Shown here piece by piece: positions 28,773-39,765 of a stretch of 64,000 nucleotides of DNA (position 1 is the first letter of the stretch; every line of letters starts with the position of its first letter). This DNA comes from an uncultured Mycoplasmatota bacterium (GTDB lineage: Bacteria > Bacillota_I > Bacilli_A > RF39 > UBA660). The DNA lies in assembly GCA_948467605.1 (NCBI GenBank), contig CAOKET010000003.1:9230-73229 (forward strand). Direction: 5' to 3'. The position numbers were made by a program, and so were the translations under genes. Under the pieces are notes generated by a model, which saw nothing but the letters and a program-made list of their open reading frames with translations, was not told where the DNA came from and ran no database searches.

Positions 28773-30905
28773 ATGAAGAAGAAAGATAATACTAAAAGAA
28801 TTAAAATTAATTTATTAGTATTAATATTTTCTTCTTTTTTATTGCTATTAATAATTATACAAGGAGCAAGAATATCACTAGTTGATGAAATAGATGGTAC
28901 AAATATAAAAAAGTTTGCTATGGGAAGAAATATAAAAGAAACAACACTTACTGCTAATCGTGGTTCTATACTAGATGTAAATGGTAATGTACTAGCAGAA
29001 ACCGTATTTTCATATACAGTAACTGCATATTTAAAAGAAAAACCAGGTGAAAAAGAAAGTAATCCTAAGCATGTAATCGATAAACAAAAAACTGCTGAAC
29101 AGTTATCTCCAATAATAAATATGAGTGTTGAAGATATACTTAAACTTCTAAATAAGGATGTAACACAAGTAGAACTTGGACCAGGTGGTAGAGGTATAAC
29201 AGAATTAGTAAAAGAACAAATTGAAGCCCTAAAATTACCTGGAATAGATTTTATACAAACTAGAAAGAGATTTTATCCAAATGGAGATTTTTTGCCATAT
29301 GTAATAGGATATGCTAAAAGTAATGATGATGGAAGTATAGTTGGAGAGATGGGAATTGAATCTTACTATAATGATAAACTTAGTGGAGTAGATGGATATT
29401 ATAAATACGTAAAAGATAAAGATGGAATAAGAATACCAAATACACCATCAGATACTAAAGAACCACTAGATGGTTATGATATATATTTAACTATTGATAA
29501 TAATATACAGTTTTTTGCAGAACAAGCAAGTAAGGAAGCATATTCTACTTACAATCCAGAATGGGTATCTATAACTGTTGCAAATGCTAAAACAGGTGCA
29601 ATACTTGCAACAACTACAACTCCCGGATTTGATCCAAATACTAGAAATATGACTAGTTACTTAAATTCTTTAGTATCTTATGCTTTTGAACCTGGTTCAA
29701 CAATGAAAACATATACATATATGGCTGCTATGGAAAAGGGTGTTTATAATGGAAGCGATACATTTCAATCTGGAAGCATAGAAATAGGAAAAGATGTTGT
29801 AAGAGACTGGAATGGTGGTAAAGGTTGGGGTGTTATAACTTACGATGTAGGTTATGCTCAATCAGCAAATACAGCAGTATCTACTATGATGAAGAACTCA
29901 CTACTAACAGGAGATGAACTAAAATCATTTTTACTAAGATTAGGTTTTGGTGAAAAAACAGGTATTACTTTATCAAACGAATTATCAGGTAAAGTAGCCT
30001 TTAAATATCCAATAGAAATAGCCAATGCGTCTTTTGGACAAGGTATAACAACAACGCCAATACAGCATATAAAAGCACTAACTTCAATATCAAATGGTGG
30101 TGTATTATTAAATCCATATATAATATCTAAAATAGTTGATCCAAATACTAATAAAGTAATATATGAAGGAAGTAAATCTGAAGTTGGTAGAGTTATAAGT
30201 ATAGAAACTGTAAATAAAATGAAACAATTAATGTATAATGTCGTACATGGTGAACAAGGTCAAACTGCTGGTGGACAATATAATGTAGAGGGTATTAGTT
30301 TAATAGGTAAAACGGGAACTGCCCAAATTGCAGATTTAAAAAACGGTGGTTATTTAACTGGAGTAAATGATTATATACGTTCATTTGAAGGAATGTTTCC
30401 ATATGAAGACCCAGAAATAATAATATATGTTGCTATAAAAGGTACAAGTGCAAATGCAACAATATCAGTAGTAAAATCCCTTACAACTAATATATCTAAA
30501 TATTTAAAACTATCAGAAGAAAAAATAAATACAGATATGGTAAGTTATGAAATGCCATCATTTATTAATAAAAATACAAACGATGCAAAAAAAGAATTAG
30601 AATCAAAATTAATAACACCTATAATATTAGGTAACGGAGATAAAATAATAAAACAATATCCTAATCCAAATATAAATGTAATGAGTTATGAAAAAGTATT
30701 TTTACTTACTAATGATTATAATGTAAAAATGCCAGATATAACAGGATATTCATTAAAAGAAGTAATATCTCTATCAAATATATTAAATCTTAAATATAAG
30801 TTTAATGGGAATGGATTTGTAACACAAAGTAGTATTGCTCCTGAAAGTGAAATAAATAAAGAAACAGTATTAGAATTTACTTTAGAAGAAAAAAAGAGTA
30901 ATTAA
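28773..30905 (+). CDS. Class B penicillin-binding protein (FtsI/SpoVD/PBP2B family) with a C-terminal PASTA domain
   Basis: Transpeptidase motifs ...FEPGSTMKT..., ...KTGTAQ... and a PASTA-like C-terminus. Length 710 aa. Confidence 0.85.
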   Translation: MKKKDNTKRIKINLLVLIFSSFLLLLIIIQGARISLVDEIDGTNIKKFAMGRNIKETTLTANRGSILDVNGNVLAETVFSYTVTAYLKEKPGEKESNPKHVIDKQKTAEQLSPIINMSVEDILKLLNKDVTQVELGPGGRGITELVKEQIEALKLPGIDFIQTRKRFYPNGDFLPYVIGYAKSNDDGSIVGEMGIESYYNDKLSGVDGYYKYVKDKDGIRIPNTPSDTKEPLDGYDIYLTIDNNIQFFAEQASKEAYSTYNPEWVSITVANAKTGAILATTTTPGFDPNTRNMTSYLNSLVSYAFEPGSTMKTYTYMAAMEKGVYNGSDTFQSGSIEIGKDVVRDWNGGKGWGVITYDVGYAQSANTAVSTMMKNSLLTGDELKSFLLRLGFGEKTGITLSNELSGKVAFKYPIEIANASFGQGITTTPIQHIKALTSISNGGVLLNPYIISKIVDPNTNKVIYEGSKSEVGRVISIETVNKMKQLMYNVVHGEQGQTAGGQYNVEGISLIGKTGTAQIADLKNGGYLTGVNDYIRSFEGMFPYEDPEIIIYVAIKGTSANATISVVKSLTTNISKYLKLSEEKINTDMVSYEMPSFINKNTNDAKKELESKLITPIILGNGDKIIKQYPNPNINVMSYEKVFLLTNDYNVKMPDITGYSLKEVISLSNILNLKYKFNGNGFVTQSSIAPESEINKETVLEFTLEEKKSN

Positions 30906-30950
30906 TAATACTAACTGTGTAATTTTTTCGATATACATGATATAATTATA

Positions 30951-31760
30951 TTGGGTGAAGTTATGTTAAAAAGAGTAATAAGTGCAGTTATTATGGCTGT
31001 AATAGGAATACCAGCAGTAATTATTGGAGGTAATGTATTTTTTATATTTGCATTTTTAATGAGTATACTTGCTTTATATGAAATTATTGATACTAAAGAA
31101 ACAAAAAAAACACTTCCAGTATTTATAAAAGTAGTATCGTATTTAATGCTTACAGTAATGTTTGTAATGTCTAGTACTGGTAAGATATTTAGTGTAGATT
31201 ATAGAGTTATTAGCAGTCTTATGACATCTATGTTATTGCCATTAATATTTTATAAAAGAGAATCATATAGTATTAATGACGCAATGTATTTAGTAGGATT
31301 TATATTTTTAATTTCTTCATTTTTCAACTTAGTTGTGTATATAAGAAATATGGATGAAGGTATTAAATATTTAGTGTATATATTATTAATTGCTATTTCT
31401 AGTGATACTTTCGCATATATTTCAGGTAATTTAATTGGAACACATAAACTTATACCTAGTGTTTCACCTAACAAAAGTATTGAAGGAACAATTTTTGGAG
31501 TTATATTTGGAACATTAATTCCATGTACATACTATTATGTGACAATAAGTGACAGTACTAATATACTATACTTAATTGTAGGAACAATGTTTTTAAGCAT
31601 ATTAGGACAATTAGGAGATTTAGTTTTTAGTGCTATAAAAAGATATTTCAATAAAAAAGATTACTCTAATTTAATTCCAGGACATGGTGGAATATTAGAT
31701 AGAGTTGATAGTTTATTATTTATAACATATGGCTTTATTTTGTTACTTGGAGTATTGTAA
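30951..31760 (+). CDS. cdsA: Phosphatidate cytidylyltransferase
   Basis: The CdsA signature ...IKRYFNKKDYSNLIPGHGGILDRVDS... is present. Confidence 0.85.
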   Translation: MGEVMLKRVISAVIMAVIGIPAVIIGGNVFFIFAFLMSILALYEIIDTKETKKTLPVFIKVVSYLMLTVMFVMSSTGKIFSVDYRVISSLMTSMLLPLIFYKRESYSINDAMYLVGFIFLISSFFNLVVYIRNMDEGIKYLVYILLIAISSDTFAYISGNLIGTHKLIPSVSPNKSIEGTIFGVIFGTLIPCTYYYVTISDSTNILYLIVGTMFLSILGQLGDLVFSAIKRYFNKKDYSNLIPGHGGILDRVDSLLFITYGFILLLGVL

Positions 31761-31771
31761 GGAGGTACTTT

Positions 31772-32821
31772 ATGACAGTAGTTTTAAATATATTGCTTTT
31801 TTGCTTTATATTAGGTTTATTAGTAACCGTTCATGAATTTGGACATTTTATATTTGCAAAAAAAGCAGGGATTTATGTTTATGAATTTTCAATAGGAATG
31901 GGTCCAAAATTATTTGGATTTAAAAGAAAAAATGATGAAACTGCATATTCTATTAGATTATTACCAATAGGAGGGTATGTTCATATAGCAGGAGAAGATG
32001 TTGAAGAAGATAGTGATGTTCCACAAGATAAACGATTAAACAACAAAACATTTACTCAACGTTTCTTAGTTATGATAGCAGGTGCGATGAACAACTTCAT
32101 ACTAGCAATAATTTTATTATTAGTATCTGGTTTTATTTTTGGAACACCAGGGACAAAACCTATAATAAATGAACTTGTTAAAGGATATCCTGCATATGGA
32201 GTTTTAGAAAAAGGAGATCAAATACTTGAAATAAATGGCAAGAAGACTTCTACATGGGATGATGTTCTTTTAGATCTTCAACTAATAAAATCAAATAAAG
32301 ATGTTAAAGTAAAAGTAAAAGATAATCAAGGAGATGTAAAAACATTTACATTAAAACCAAAGGAAATAGAAGTAGATGGTCAAAAATACTATAAATTAGG
32401 AATTGCAAACACACAAGAAAATGAAAGAGGATTTATTTCAACATTAAAATATACAGCAATTAAATTCTACTCATCTATTAAGACAATGTTTAGAGTATTA
32501 GGAAACTTATTTGTTGGAAATATTGGTCTTAATTCTATGTCAGGACCAGTTGGTATATATAATGTAGTAGGAGAACAGGCACAATATGGAATAAGTAAAA
32601 TAATTGATTTAATTATACTTCTTAGCATAAATGTTGGTTTTATAAACTTAATACCATTTCCAGCATTTGATGGGGGAAAAGTATTATTCCTTATAATTGA
32701 AAAAATAAGGAGAAAACCAGTTAGTTCAAGAGTAGAAAATACTATTCATAATATTGGGTTTGTACTTCTAATGGGATTGATGCTTATTATAACAGTAAAC
32801 GATATATTTAGAATATTTTAG
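31772..32821 (+). CDS. rseP: RIP site-2 zinc metalloprotease RseP with a PDZ domain
   Basis: HEFGHF (HExxH), a PDZ domain, and a C-terminal ...FDGG... motif. Confidence 0.85.
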   Translation: MTVVLNILLFCFILGLLVTVHEFGHFIFAKKAGIYVYEFSIGMGPKLFGFKRKNDETAYSIRLLPIGGYVHIAGEDVEEDSDVPQDKRLNNKTFTQRFLVMIAGAMNNFILAIILLLVSGFIFGTPGTKPIINELVKGYPAYGVLEKGDQILEINGKKTSTWDDVLLDLQLIKSNKDVKVKVKDNQGDVKTFTLKPKEIEVDGQKYYKLGIANTQENERGFISTLKYTAIKFYSSIKTMFRVLGNLFVGNIGLNSMSGPVGIYNVVGEQAQYGISKIIDLIILLSINVGFINLIPFPAFDGGKVLFLIIEKIRRKPVSSRVENTIHNIGFVLLMGLMLIITVNDIFRIF

Positions 32822-32829
32822 GAGGACTT

Positions 32830-33147
32830 ATGAATAAAACAATACTTGATTGTTGTATTAATTTTGATAATATAGTTAATTTTGTTTTTGATGAAGATGA
32901 TTTATATTCTAAACAATTAGTACAATATTACAAAAGTATTGTTTTAGAAGCAAACATTACAAACGAATCAAAACTAAAAAAAATAAAAGAATTTGATTCA
33001 ATTATGTATAGATATATATATGATTATAAATTTAGGAAATCATTAAAAAATGAAATAACTAGATTTAAAGTAGAAAAAATAATAGATTTCTCAGAAAAAT
33101 ATTATGAAAATTCAATAAAAAGTTTTGAAAGTACAATATGGATTTAA
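32830..33147 (+). CDS. Small hypothetical protein
   Basis: An ORF with an RBS GGAGGA. I recognise no motifs. Confidence 0.35.
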   Translation: MNKTILDCCINFDNIVNFVFDEDDLYSKQLVQYYKSIVLEANITNESKLKKIKEFDSIMYRYIYDYKFRKSLKNEITRFKVEKIIDFSEKYYENSIKSFESTIWI

Positions 33148-33199
33148 TATTGTACTTTTTATATTTTATTATTTGTTATATAATTATATTGGTGATATC

Positions 33200-35377
33200 A
33201 TGATAATTAAAGTATTAGTAGAAAATTATATTAAAACAACAGATAGTATTCTTAGTTATCATGTTCCATTTAATCTTGAGGGTGATATTGCTATTGGTAA
33301 AAGAGTAGTCGTACCACTAAACAAAAACGAAGTAGAAGGATTTATATTAGAAATTAGTAAGGAAACTCCTAATTTTGAAGTAAAAGATATAATATCTATT
33401 GTAGATGATGAACCAGTATTAAATAAAGAATTACTAAGTTTAGGAGAATATATAAAATCTATTACTTTATGTAGTTTAATAAGTGCTTACCAAGTAATGT
33501 TACCGAGTGCTCTAAAAGCAAAAAGAAATGTCAATATTAAAAGTAAATATAAAACATTTATTAAATTAAATAAAAGTATAGAATTTATTAATGATTATAT
33601 TGATAAAAATAAAAGAAATAAAAGTGAAATAGCACTCTTAAATGAACTTATAAATAATAGTATAGTAGAAAAAAATTCATTTAATAGTAGAGTTGCAAAT
33701 AAATTAAAGGATAAAGATTTAATAATATATAGTGATAAACAAATATATAGAACAGTTAGTGATGAAACTTATAAATATGATAAATTAATCTTAAATAAAG
33801 AACAAGAACATGCAGTTAACACTGTTGTTTCTGCTTTAGGTATACCTAAGGTTTTCTTACTTCATGGAGTAACTGGCAGTGGTAAAACAGAAACCTATTT
33901 ACAAATAATAGAACATGTTTTAAAAACAGGAAAAAATGTTATTGTCTTAGTTCCAGAAATATCACTTACACCACAGATGACTGAAAGATTCAAAGGAAGA
34001 TTTGGGCCTAATGTTGCAGTTATGCACTCATCATTATCTAGTGGTGAAAAGTATGATGAATGGCTTCGTTTAAAAAGAGGAGAAGCACACATAGTAGTAG
34101 GTGCTAGAAGTGCAATTTTTGCACCTCTTTCTAATATTGGACTAATAGTAATAGATGAAGAACATGAAACGACATATAAACAAGATTCTTCCCCAAGATA
34201 CCATGCTCTAGATATTGCAAAATATAGAAGTAAGTACCATAATTGTCCAATTATATTAGGAAGTGCTACTCCTTCCTTAGAAAGTTATGCTAGAGCAAAA
34301 AGAGGTGTATATGAATTATTAGAACTAAAATCACGTGCTAATGGCAAAAAGTTACCAGAAGTTAAAATAGTAGACATGTGTAGTGAAGTAAAGAAGAAAA
34401 ACTATTTAATCTCATCTATTTTAAAGGATAAAATAAATGAAAAACTATCTAAAAATGAACAAATAATACTTCTTTTAAATAGAAGGGGATACTCATCATT
34501 TATAACCTGTCACGATTGCGGTTATGTAGCAAAATGTCCAAATTGTGATATATCATTAACATTCCATAAAACTAATAATATGCTTAGATGTCATTACTGT
34601 GGATATGCTACTAAAATGTATGATACTTGTCCAGAATGTAGTGGTGAAATAAAAAATTTTGGTACAGGAACAGAGAAAGTATTAGAAGCACTAGAGAATA
34701 TGTTTGATGCAAAAATTGTTAGAATGGATTTAGATACTACATCTAAAAAGGGAAGTCATGAGAAAATTATTAAGGACTTTGAAACCCATAAATATGATAT
34801 ATTATTAGGAACTCAAATGATAGCAAAGGGATTAGATTTTAGTAATGTTACACTAGTAGGAGTAATAAATGCTGATACATCACTTAATATTCCTGATTTT
34901 AGAAGTGGCGAGGTAACATTTGAGTTACTATCTCAAGTATCAGGTAGAGCAGGACGTGATAAACTTACTGGAGAAGTCATAATACAGACATATAATAAAG
35001 ATAATTATAGTATAATATGTGCTGCTAATCACGATTATTTCTCATTTTATGACAAAGAGATGGAAATAAGAAGAGCATTAAAATACCCACCATATTACTA
35101 TTTAGTTAATATAAAAATAATGGGTAAAATTTATGATGATGTACTTAATACAGCATTAAAAATAAAAAACTATTTAAAAGATTCACTATCTAGTGATACA
35201 ATAGTCCTAGGACCAACAACTGCAAATATGTTTAAGGTTAATAATATATATAGATTTCAAATTATAATTAAATATAAAAAAGATGATAAATTATATAGTT
35301 CTCTAATCTTATTACAAGAACTTTACTTAAATAATAAAATAAACATAGATATAACTTTTAATCCATTGATATTATAG
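33200..35377 (+). CDS. priA: Primosomal protein N' (replication restart helicase PriA)
   Basis: Walker A HGVTGSGKTE, DEEH box, Cys4 zinc fingers CHDCGYVAKCPNCD...CHYCG...CPEC. The start was chosen at ATG 33200; the ORF-track start at 33125 adds a hydrophobic extension without an RBS. Confidence 0.9.
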   Translation: MIIKVLVENYIKTTDSILSYHVPFNLEGDIAIGKRVVVPLNKNEVEGFILEISKETPNFEVKDIISIVDDEPVLNKELLSLGEYIKSITLCSLISAYQVMLPSALKAKRNVNIKSKYKTFIKLNKSIEFINDYIDKNKRNKSEIALLNELINNSIVEKNSFNSRVANKLKDKDLIIYSDKQIYRTVSDETYKYDKLILNKEQEHAVNTVVSALGIPKVFLLHGVTGSGKTETYLQIIEHVLKTGKNVIVLVPEISLTPQMTERFKGRFGPNVAVMHSSLSSGEKYDEWLRLKRGEAHIVVGARSAIFAPLSNIGLIVIDEEHETTYKQDSSPRYHALDIAKYRSKYHNCPIILGSATPSLESYARAKRGVYELLELKSRANGKKLPEVKIVDMCSEVKKKNYLISSILKDKINEKLSKNEQIILLLNRRGYSSFITCHDCGYVAKCPNCDISLTFHKTNNMLRCHYCGYATKMYDTCPECSGEIKNFGTGTEKVLEALENMFDAKIVRMDLDTTSKKGSHEKIIKDFETHKYDILLGTQMIAKGLDFSNVTLVGVINADTSLNIPDFRSGEVTFELLSQVSGRAGRDKLTGEVIIQTYNKDNYSIICAANHDYFSFYDKEMEIRRALKYPPYYYLVNIKIMGKIYDDVLNTALKIKNYLKDSLSSDTIVLGPTTANMFKVNNIYRFQIIIKYKKDDKLYSSLILLQELYLNNKINIDITFNPLIL

Positions 35378-35386
35378 GAGGAACTT

Positions 35387-38300
35387 ATGAACTTAGAAGA
35401 AAAATTACATGAATTAAAATTAAATATACAAGAAAAAGCATTATTATCTGGAGATAGTAGAAAACCTATTGTATGTGATGATGAAGTAATAGAGTTACTT
35501 GCTTACTATAAGCCAACTTCTACTCATGAATTATCTAATATAAGTGGAATAGGAGAAACATTTATAGAAAAATATGGTTCTTCTTTTGTAGATTTAATCA
35601 AAGAAGAAACTAGTAAAAGAGAAAGTAGTAAATTGACAGATGAAGAGTTAGAAATTATAAAAAAATTAGAAAATAGGTTAGTAAATATAAATAAAAGAAA
35701 TACTATGCTTTATGCTGGAAAACTAAATACCAGAAAAAACTTTGATCTATATAATATTGGTACAGATAATACATTATTTAAAAACCTTATAATGGATCAA
35801 CAAAATAAAAAAATATCATTGTGTAAAACAGAAAGCATGTATTATAAACAGTTATTAAAACTCCAAAGAGAAGTATCTAGAATACAAATGGAAACAGGAA
35901 GTAATGAATTATATATTGGTTATCCATTTGTTCAAGGATTGATGGGAATTGATAAATTTACTATAAAAGCACCTCTAGTACTATTTCCATGTATATTAAC
36001 TAATGAACAAGGTGGATTTAATTTGAGTTTTGATACATCTAGAGATATACTTTACAATAATACACTTATACTAGCAAATAATAAGTTTAGAGGTAAAAAT
36101 ATAGTTTTACCAGATAATGTAGTTGAAGAGTTAAATAAAGAAAATTTTGTAAGTGAAATAATGTCATTTTACAATAATAATGGTATGTATATATCTAAAT
36201 ATAACGATGGATTTACTAAATTTCTAGAAAATACTGCAGATGAATTTCCAAAATATCCATCAGATGAATTAGAAATATTTGAATATATGGTTTTAGGAAT
36301 ATATCCATCATTTTCAACATCAATGCAAAGAGATTTTGAGACTATAAAAACTAAAAAAGAAGTAAATACTATTATTAAAGATTTAATATGGGGTATGGGA
36401 GATTCTAAAGTAGATGAAGAAAAAGAAGATGACAGTAAAGATTCTTGTTTTAATGAAGGAGATATAACATATATAAATGAGTTAAATTACTCCCAGGAAA
36501 AAGTTCTTGCAATGTTTGAAAATAGTACTTCTTTAGTAGTAGAAGGCCCACCTGGAACTGGTAAGTCACAAATGATTACTAGTTTAATCGCACAAGAAGT
36601 AAAAAAAGGCAAAAAGATTTTAATGGTATCTGAGAAGAAACAAGCACTTGATGTTATTAATTCTAGATTAGGGGAACTATCTAATTATTCAATAATAATA
36701 GATGCGATAAATAATAAAGAAGAGTTTTATAATCAAATTAGAAAAATATTATCAAATGAATTAACAGGTACACATTACTCACTAACAGAAATAGAATTCT
36801 TAGTAAAAAAAATGGATGCTAATATAAATAAACTAAAACAACTACAAACAGTTATGTTTGATGATGATTCATTTGGTATAAATATGCAAAGCATTTATGC
36901 AAAATGTAAAAACTATGATTTTAATAACTTAGAAGTATTAAAGTTTTATAATTATTTAAAAAACAACGTAGATAAAAGAATACTTGATATGAACTATGAA
37001 GATTTAAGAAATCTAAAAAGAAAATTCTCAGATAAAAATAATAATAAAAATCTATGGGGATATTTAGAGGTTAAAAATAAGTTTAACATACAAAAATATA
37101 TAAAACTAGATATAACAGATTTTGAATACAATAATTTTATAAACTATTTAAAAAACTATTCAACAATACAAGATGAGATAAATAATGCAAATATATTTAA
37201 AAGAATATCCCTAAAAAATAAACATAAAAAAGAATTTTTAAATATATTACAAACTGTATGTGTTAAAGGTGAAGCAACATCTTTATATAAAGAGACAAAA
37301 GACAATATAAATACTTTAATAGAATTCTTTAATGTATATGAAGATTTTAAAATAAATAAATTAAAATATCTTGAATTAAATGAATCTGAGCTTATATGGT
37401 TTGATAATTTATGTAAAATATTAGAAGAAAAGAACAGTACATTAGATGTAGTAAATATCGATTTATATAATTATCTTTTATATTTACAAATTGAAAAGTT
37501 TGAAAGAGAAAATTATATGACATTAAATAGTATTAATTCATACTTTGATATTACAAAAGAATTAAATAATTGTATTACACAAAGAAGTAAATTAGAAAAA
37601 ATTATAGTAAAAAATAAATTACTAGATAGTTTAAAAAAACTAGATAAAAATAATAGTCGCAAAGAAATAGAAAGACGTAGTAATCAAACTAGAAAGATGT
37701 CTATAAATAAATTTATAAGTAAACATAAATTTGAATTATTTGATTCTATAAATATTTGGATGATGACACCTAATGTTGTATCAGACATACTTCCAATGCA
37801 AGAAGAATTATTCGATATTGTAATATTTGATGAGGCATCACAACTATTTATAGAGCGGGCAATACCATCTATATATAGGGCTAAAAAAATACTTGTTGCA
37901 GGAGACTCTAAACAATTAAAACCATCATGTCTAGGATTAGGTAGAACAAGTGATGAAGAAGAGGAACAAGAGGCAATTATGGAAAGTGAGAGTTTACTTG
38001 ATTTAGCAGTATATAAATTCCCTAAAACATTATTAAATTATCACTATAGAGCAAAATATGAAGAATTAATCGCATTCTCAAACTATGGCTTTTATAACTC
38101 AAATCTTTATGTTTCACCAAATATAGAACACGATGTAATAAAACCAATAGAAAGAATAAAAATACAAAATGGACTATTTATTAATAGAGAAAATAAAAAT
38201 GAGGCATTAGAAGTAGTTAGATTATTAAAAAAAGTATTAAATGAAAAGAAAGAAGAACAAACACTTGGAATTATAACTTTTAATAGTGCTCAAAGAGATT

Positions 38301-39070
38301 TAATTTTAGATTTAATAGAGGACGAAAAAGGTAAAGATAGCGAATTTGCATTAAAAATAGAACATGAGTTTAATAGAAAAGATAATGGTGAAAATTTAAG
38401 TTTATTTGTTAAAAATATAGAAAATGTACAAGGTGATGAAAGAGATATTATTATATTTTCAACACTTTATGCTAAAGGTGAAGATGGGAAAGTTTCAATG
38501 AACTTTGGATGGTTAAACGATTTAGCAGGTGAAAATCGTCTTAATGTTGCAATATCTCGTGCTAAAGAAAAAATATATGTTGTAACTTCAATCGAACCAG
38601 ATGATCTAAATGTAGATGGTTCTAAAAATAGAGGACCAAAACTATTTAAAAAATACCTAGAATATGTAAAAGCAGTATCCGATTCCAACTATGAACTAGT
38701 TCAAGAAATACTTACATCATTACTTGAAGTACCTAAGAGTGAAGTTATTGCAAATGACACTATAGAAATGACAGAACAAGTATATAACTTCTTATTAGAA
38801 AAAAATATAAAGGTAAAGAAAAATATAGGTGTTGGTGGGTATGTAATAGATCTTGCTTTATTAGATGAAAACGATAACTATGTTCTAGCAATCGAACCAG
38901 ATGGAAAATTATATGAATACTCAAAAATAGTTAGAGAAAGAGACTATCATAGAAAAAAATACTTAGAAGTAAGAGGATGGAATATATATAGATTATGGAG
39001 TTATAACTGGTTTAAAAACAAAGAAAAAGAATTAAATAAAATTATAGATGTATTTAATAAATTAAAGTAA
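35387..39070 (+). CDS. Large SF1 (Upf1/DNA2-like) helicase with an N-terminal HRDC/HhH-like module and a C-terminal Vsr/DUF559-like restriction-endonuclease-fold domain; it resembles the single-gene Hhe defence protein (DUF4011-AAA_11-AAA_12-Vsr)
   Basis: Walker A VVEGPPGTGKSQMI, Walker B IFDEASQ, helicase C-terminal motifs (...GDSKQLKP..., ...VAISRAKEKIYVV...). The terminal ~110 aa read GVGGYVIDLAL...AIEPDG..YHR.KYLEVRGWNIYRLW, which is Vsr/DUF559-like. Length 1227 aa. Confidence 0.65.
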   Translation: MNLEEKLHELKLNIQEKALLSGDSRKPIVCDDEVIELLAYYKPTSTHELSNISGIGETFIEKYGSSFVDLIKEETSKRESSKLTDEELEIIKKLENRLVNINKRNTMLYAGKLNTRKNFDLYNIGTDNTLFKNLIMDQQNKKISLCKTESMYYKQLLKLQREVSRIQMETGSNELYIGYPFVQGLMGIDKFTIKAPLVLFPCILTNEQGGFNLSFDTSRDILYNNTLILANNKFRGKNIVLPDNVVEELNKENFVSEIMSFYNNNGMYISKYNDGFTKFLENTADEFPKYPSDELEIFEYMVLGIYPSFSTSMQRDFETIKTKKEVNTIIKDLIWGMGDSKVDEEKEDDSKDSCFNEGDITYINELNYSQEKVLAMFENSTSLVVEGPPGTGKSQMITSLIAQEVKKGKKILMVSEKKQALDVINSRLGELSNYSIIIDAINNKEEFYNQIRKILSNELTGTHYSLTEIEFLVKKMDANINKLKQLQTVMFDDDSFGINMQSIYAKCKNYDFNNLEVLKFYNYLKNNVDKRILDMNYEDLRNLKRKFSDKNNNKNLWGYLEVKNKFNIQKYIKLDITDFEYNNFINYLKNYSTIQDEINNANIFKRISLKNKHKKEFLNILQTVCVKGEATSLYKETKDNINTLIEFFNVYEDFKINKLKYLELNESELIWFDNLCKILEEKNSTLDVVNIDLYNYLLYLQIEKFERENYMTLNSINSYFDITKELNNCITQRSKLEKIIVKNKLLDSLKKLDKNNSRKEIERRSNQTRKMSINKFISKHKFELFDSINIWMMTPNVVSDILPMQEELFDIVIFDEASQLFIERAIPSIYRAKKILVAGDSKQLKPSCLGLGRTSDEEEEQEAIMESESLLDLAVYKFPKTLLNYHYRAKYEELIAFSNYGFYNSNLYVSPNIEHDVIKPIERIKIQNGLFINRENKNEALEVVRLLKKVLNEKKEEQTLGIITFNSAQRDLILDLIEDEKGKDSEFALKIEHEFNRKDNGENLSLFVKNIENVQGDERDIIIFSTLYAKGEDGKVSMNFGWLNDLAGENRLNVAISRAKEKIYVVTSIEPDDLNVDGSKNRGPKLFKKYLEYVKAVSDSNYELVQEILTSLLEVPKSEVIANDTIEMTEQVYNFLLEKNIKVKKNIGVGGYVIDLALLDENDNYVLAIEPDGKLYEYSKIVRERDYHRKKYLEVRGWNIYRLWSYNWFKNKEKELNKIIDVFNKLK

Positions 39071-39084
39071 TGTAACATATATAT

Positions 39085-39127
39085 AAAATGATAATAAAAT
39101 ATAGTATATTTTATATCATTTTTTTTA
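39085..39127 (+). terminator. Terminator after the helicase gene
   Basis: AAAATGATA...TATCATTTT followed by a T run. Confidence 0.5.
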
Positions 39128-39172
39128 AAAATGTGATAATATATTATATGTAATATGGACGGTGTTTGAAGT

Positions 39173-39748
39173 ATGAAGAAGTTTTTTAAGAATAATTTAA
39201 TTATTATAATAATTGTTGCAGTGTTTTTATTAGCAGCGGGAATTGGAATATTTTTTGTAGTAAGAGGAATGACAAAACAACAAGAAGATATAGAAAAACA
39301 AGTAAAAAATATAGATGAAAAATATAAACAATTTTCTGATGCCTCATCAGCAATATCAGAAAAACGTACTAAAATTTATAATGAAGTTTTTAACAATGTT
39401 TATTATGTTGACTTTAGTTCAAAAGATGAATCATGGAAAACAAATTTTAATGAATACTATGAACTTATCAATAATGTCCATAACGATTATAAAGATACCA
39501 TTACAATATGTAAAAAATATAATTTTATTTATGAAAGCACTAAACAGAAATGCGAATCAATATTAAAATATTATGAAATATTAATTAATAATTATGTAAC
39601 AGATTATAAACTATATAATGAAAATATAAAGAAATATAATGAATGGACTAATAGTAATACTAACTATCAAAAATTAGATGAATTTATATCAAAAGAATAT
39701 ACCGAGTATGTAGATTATAATGGTAATGGTGAAATTGAACATTATTAG
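39173..39748 (+). CDS. Hypothetical membrane-anchored protein
   Basis: An N-terminal TM, then Tyr/Asn-rich sequence. Confidence 0.45.
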   Translation: MKKFFKNNLIIIIIVAVFLLAAGIGIFFVVRGMTKQQEDIEKQVKNIDEKYKQFSDASSAISEKRTKIYNEVFNNVYYVDFSSKDESWKTNFNEYYELINNVHNDYKDTITICKKYNFIYESTKQKCESILKYYEILINNYVTDYKLYNENIKKYNEWTNSNTNYQKLDEFISKEYTEYVDYNGNGEIEHY

Positions 39749-39765
39749 TAGTAGGAGTGAAGAAG

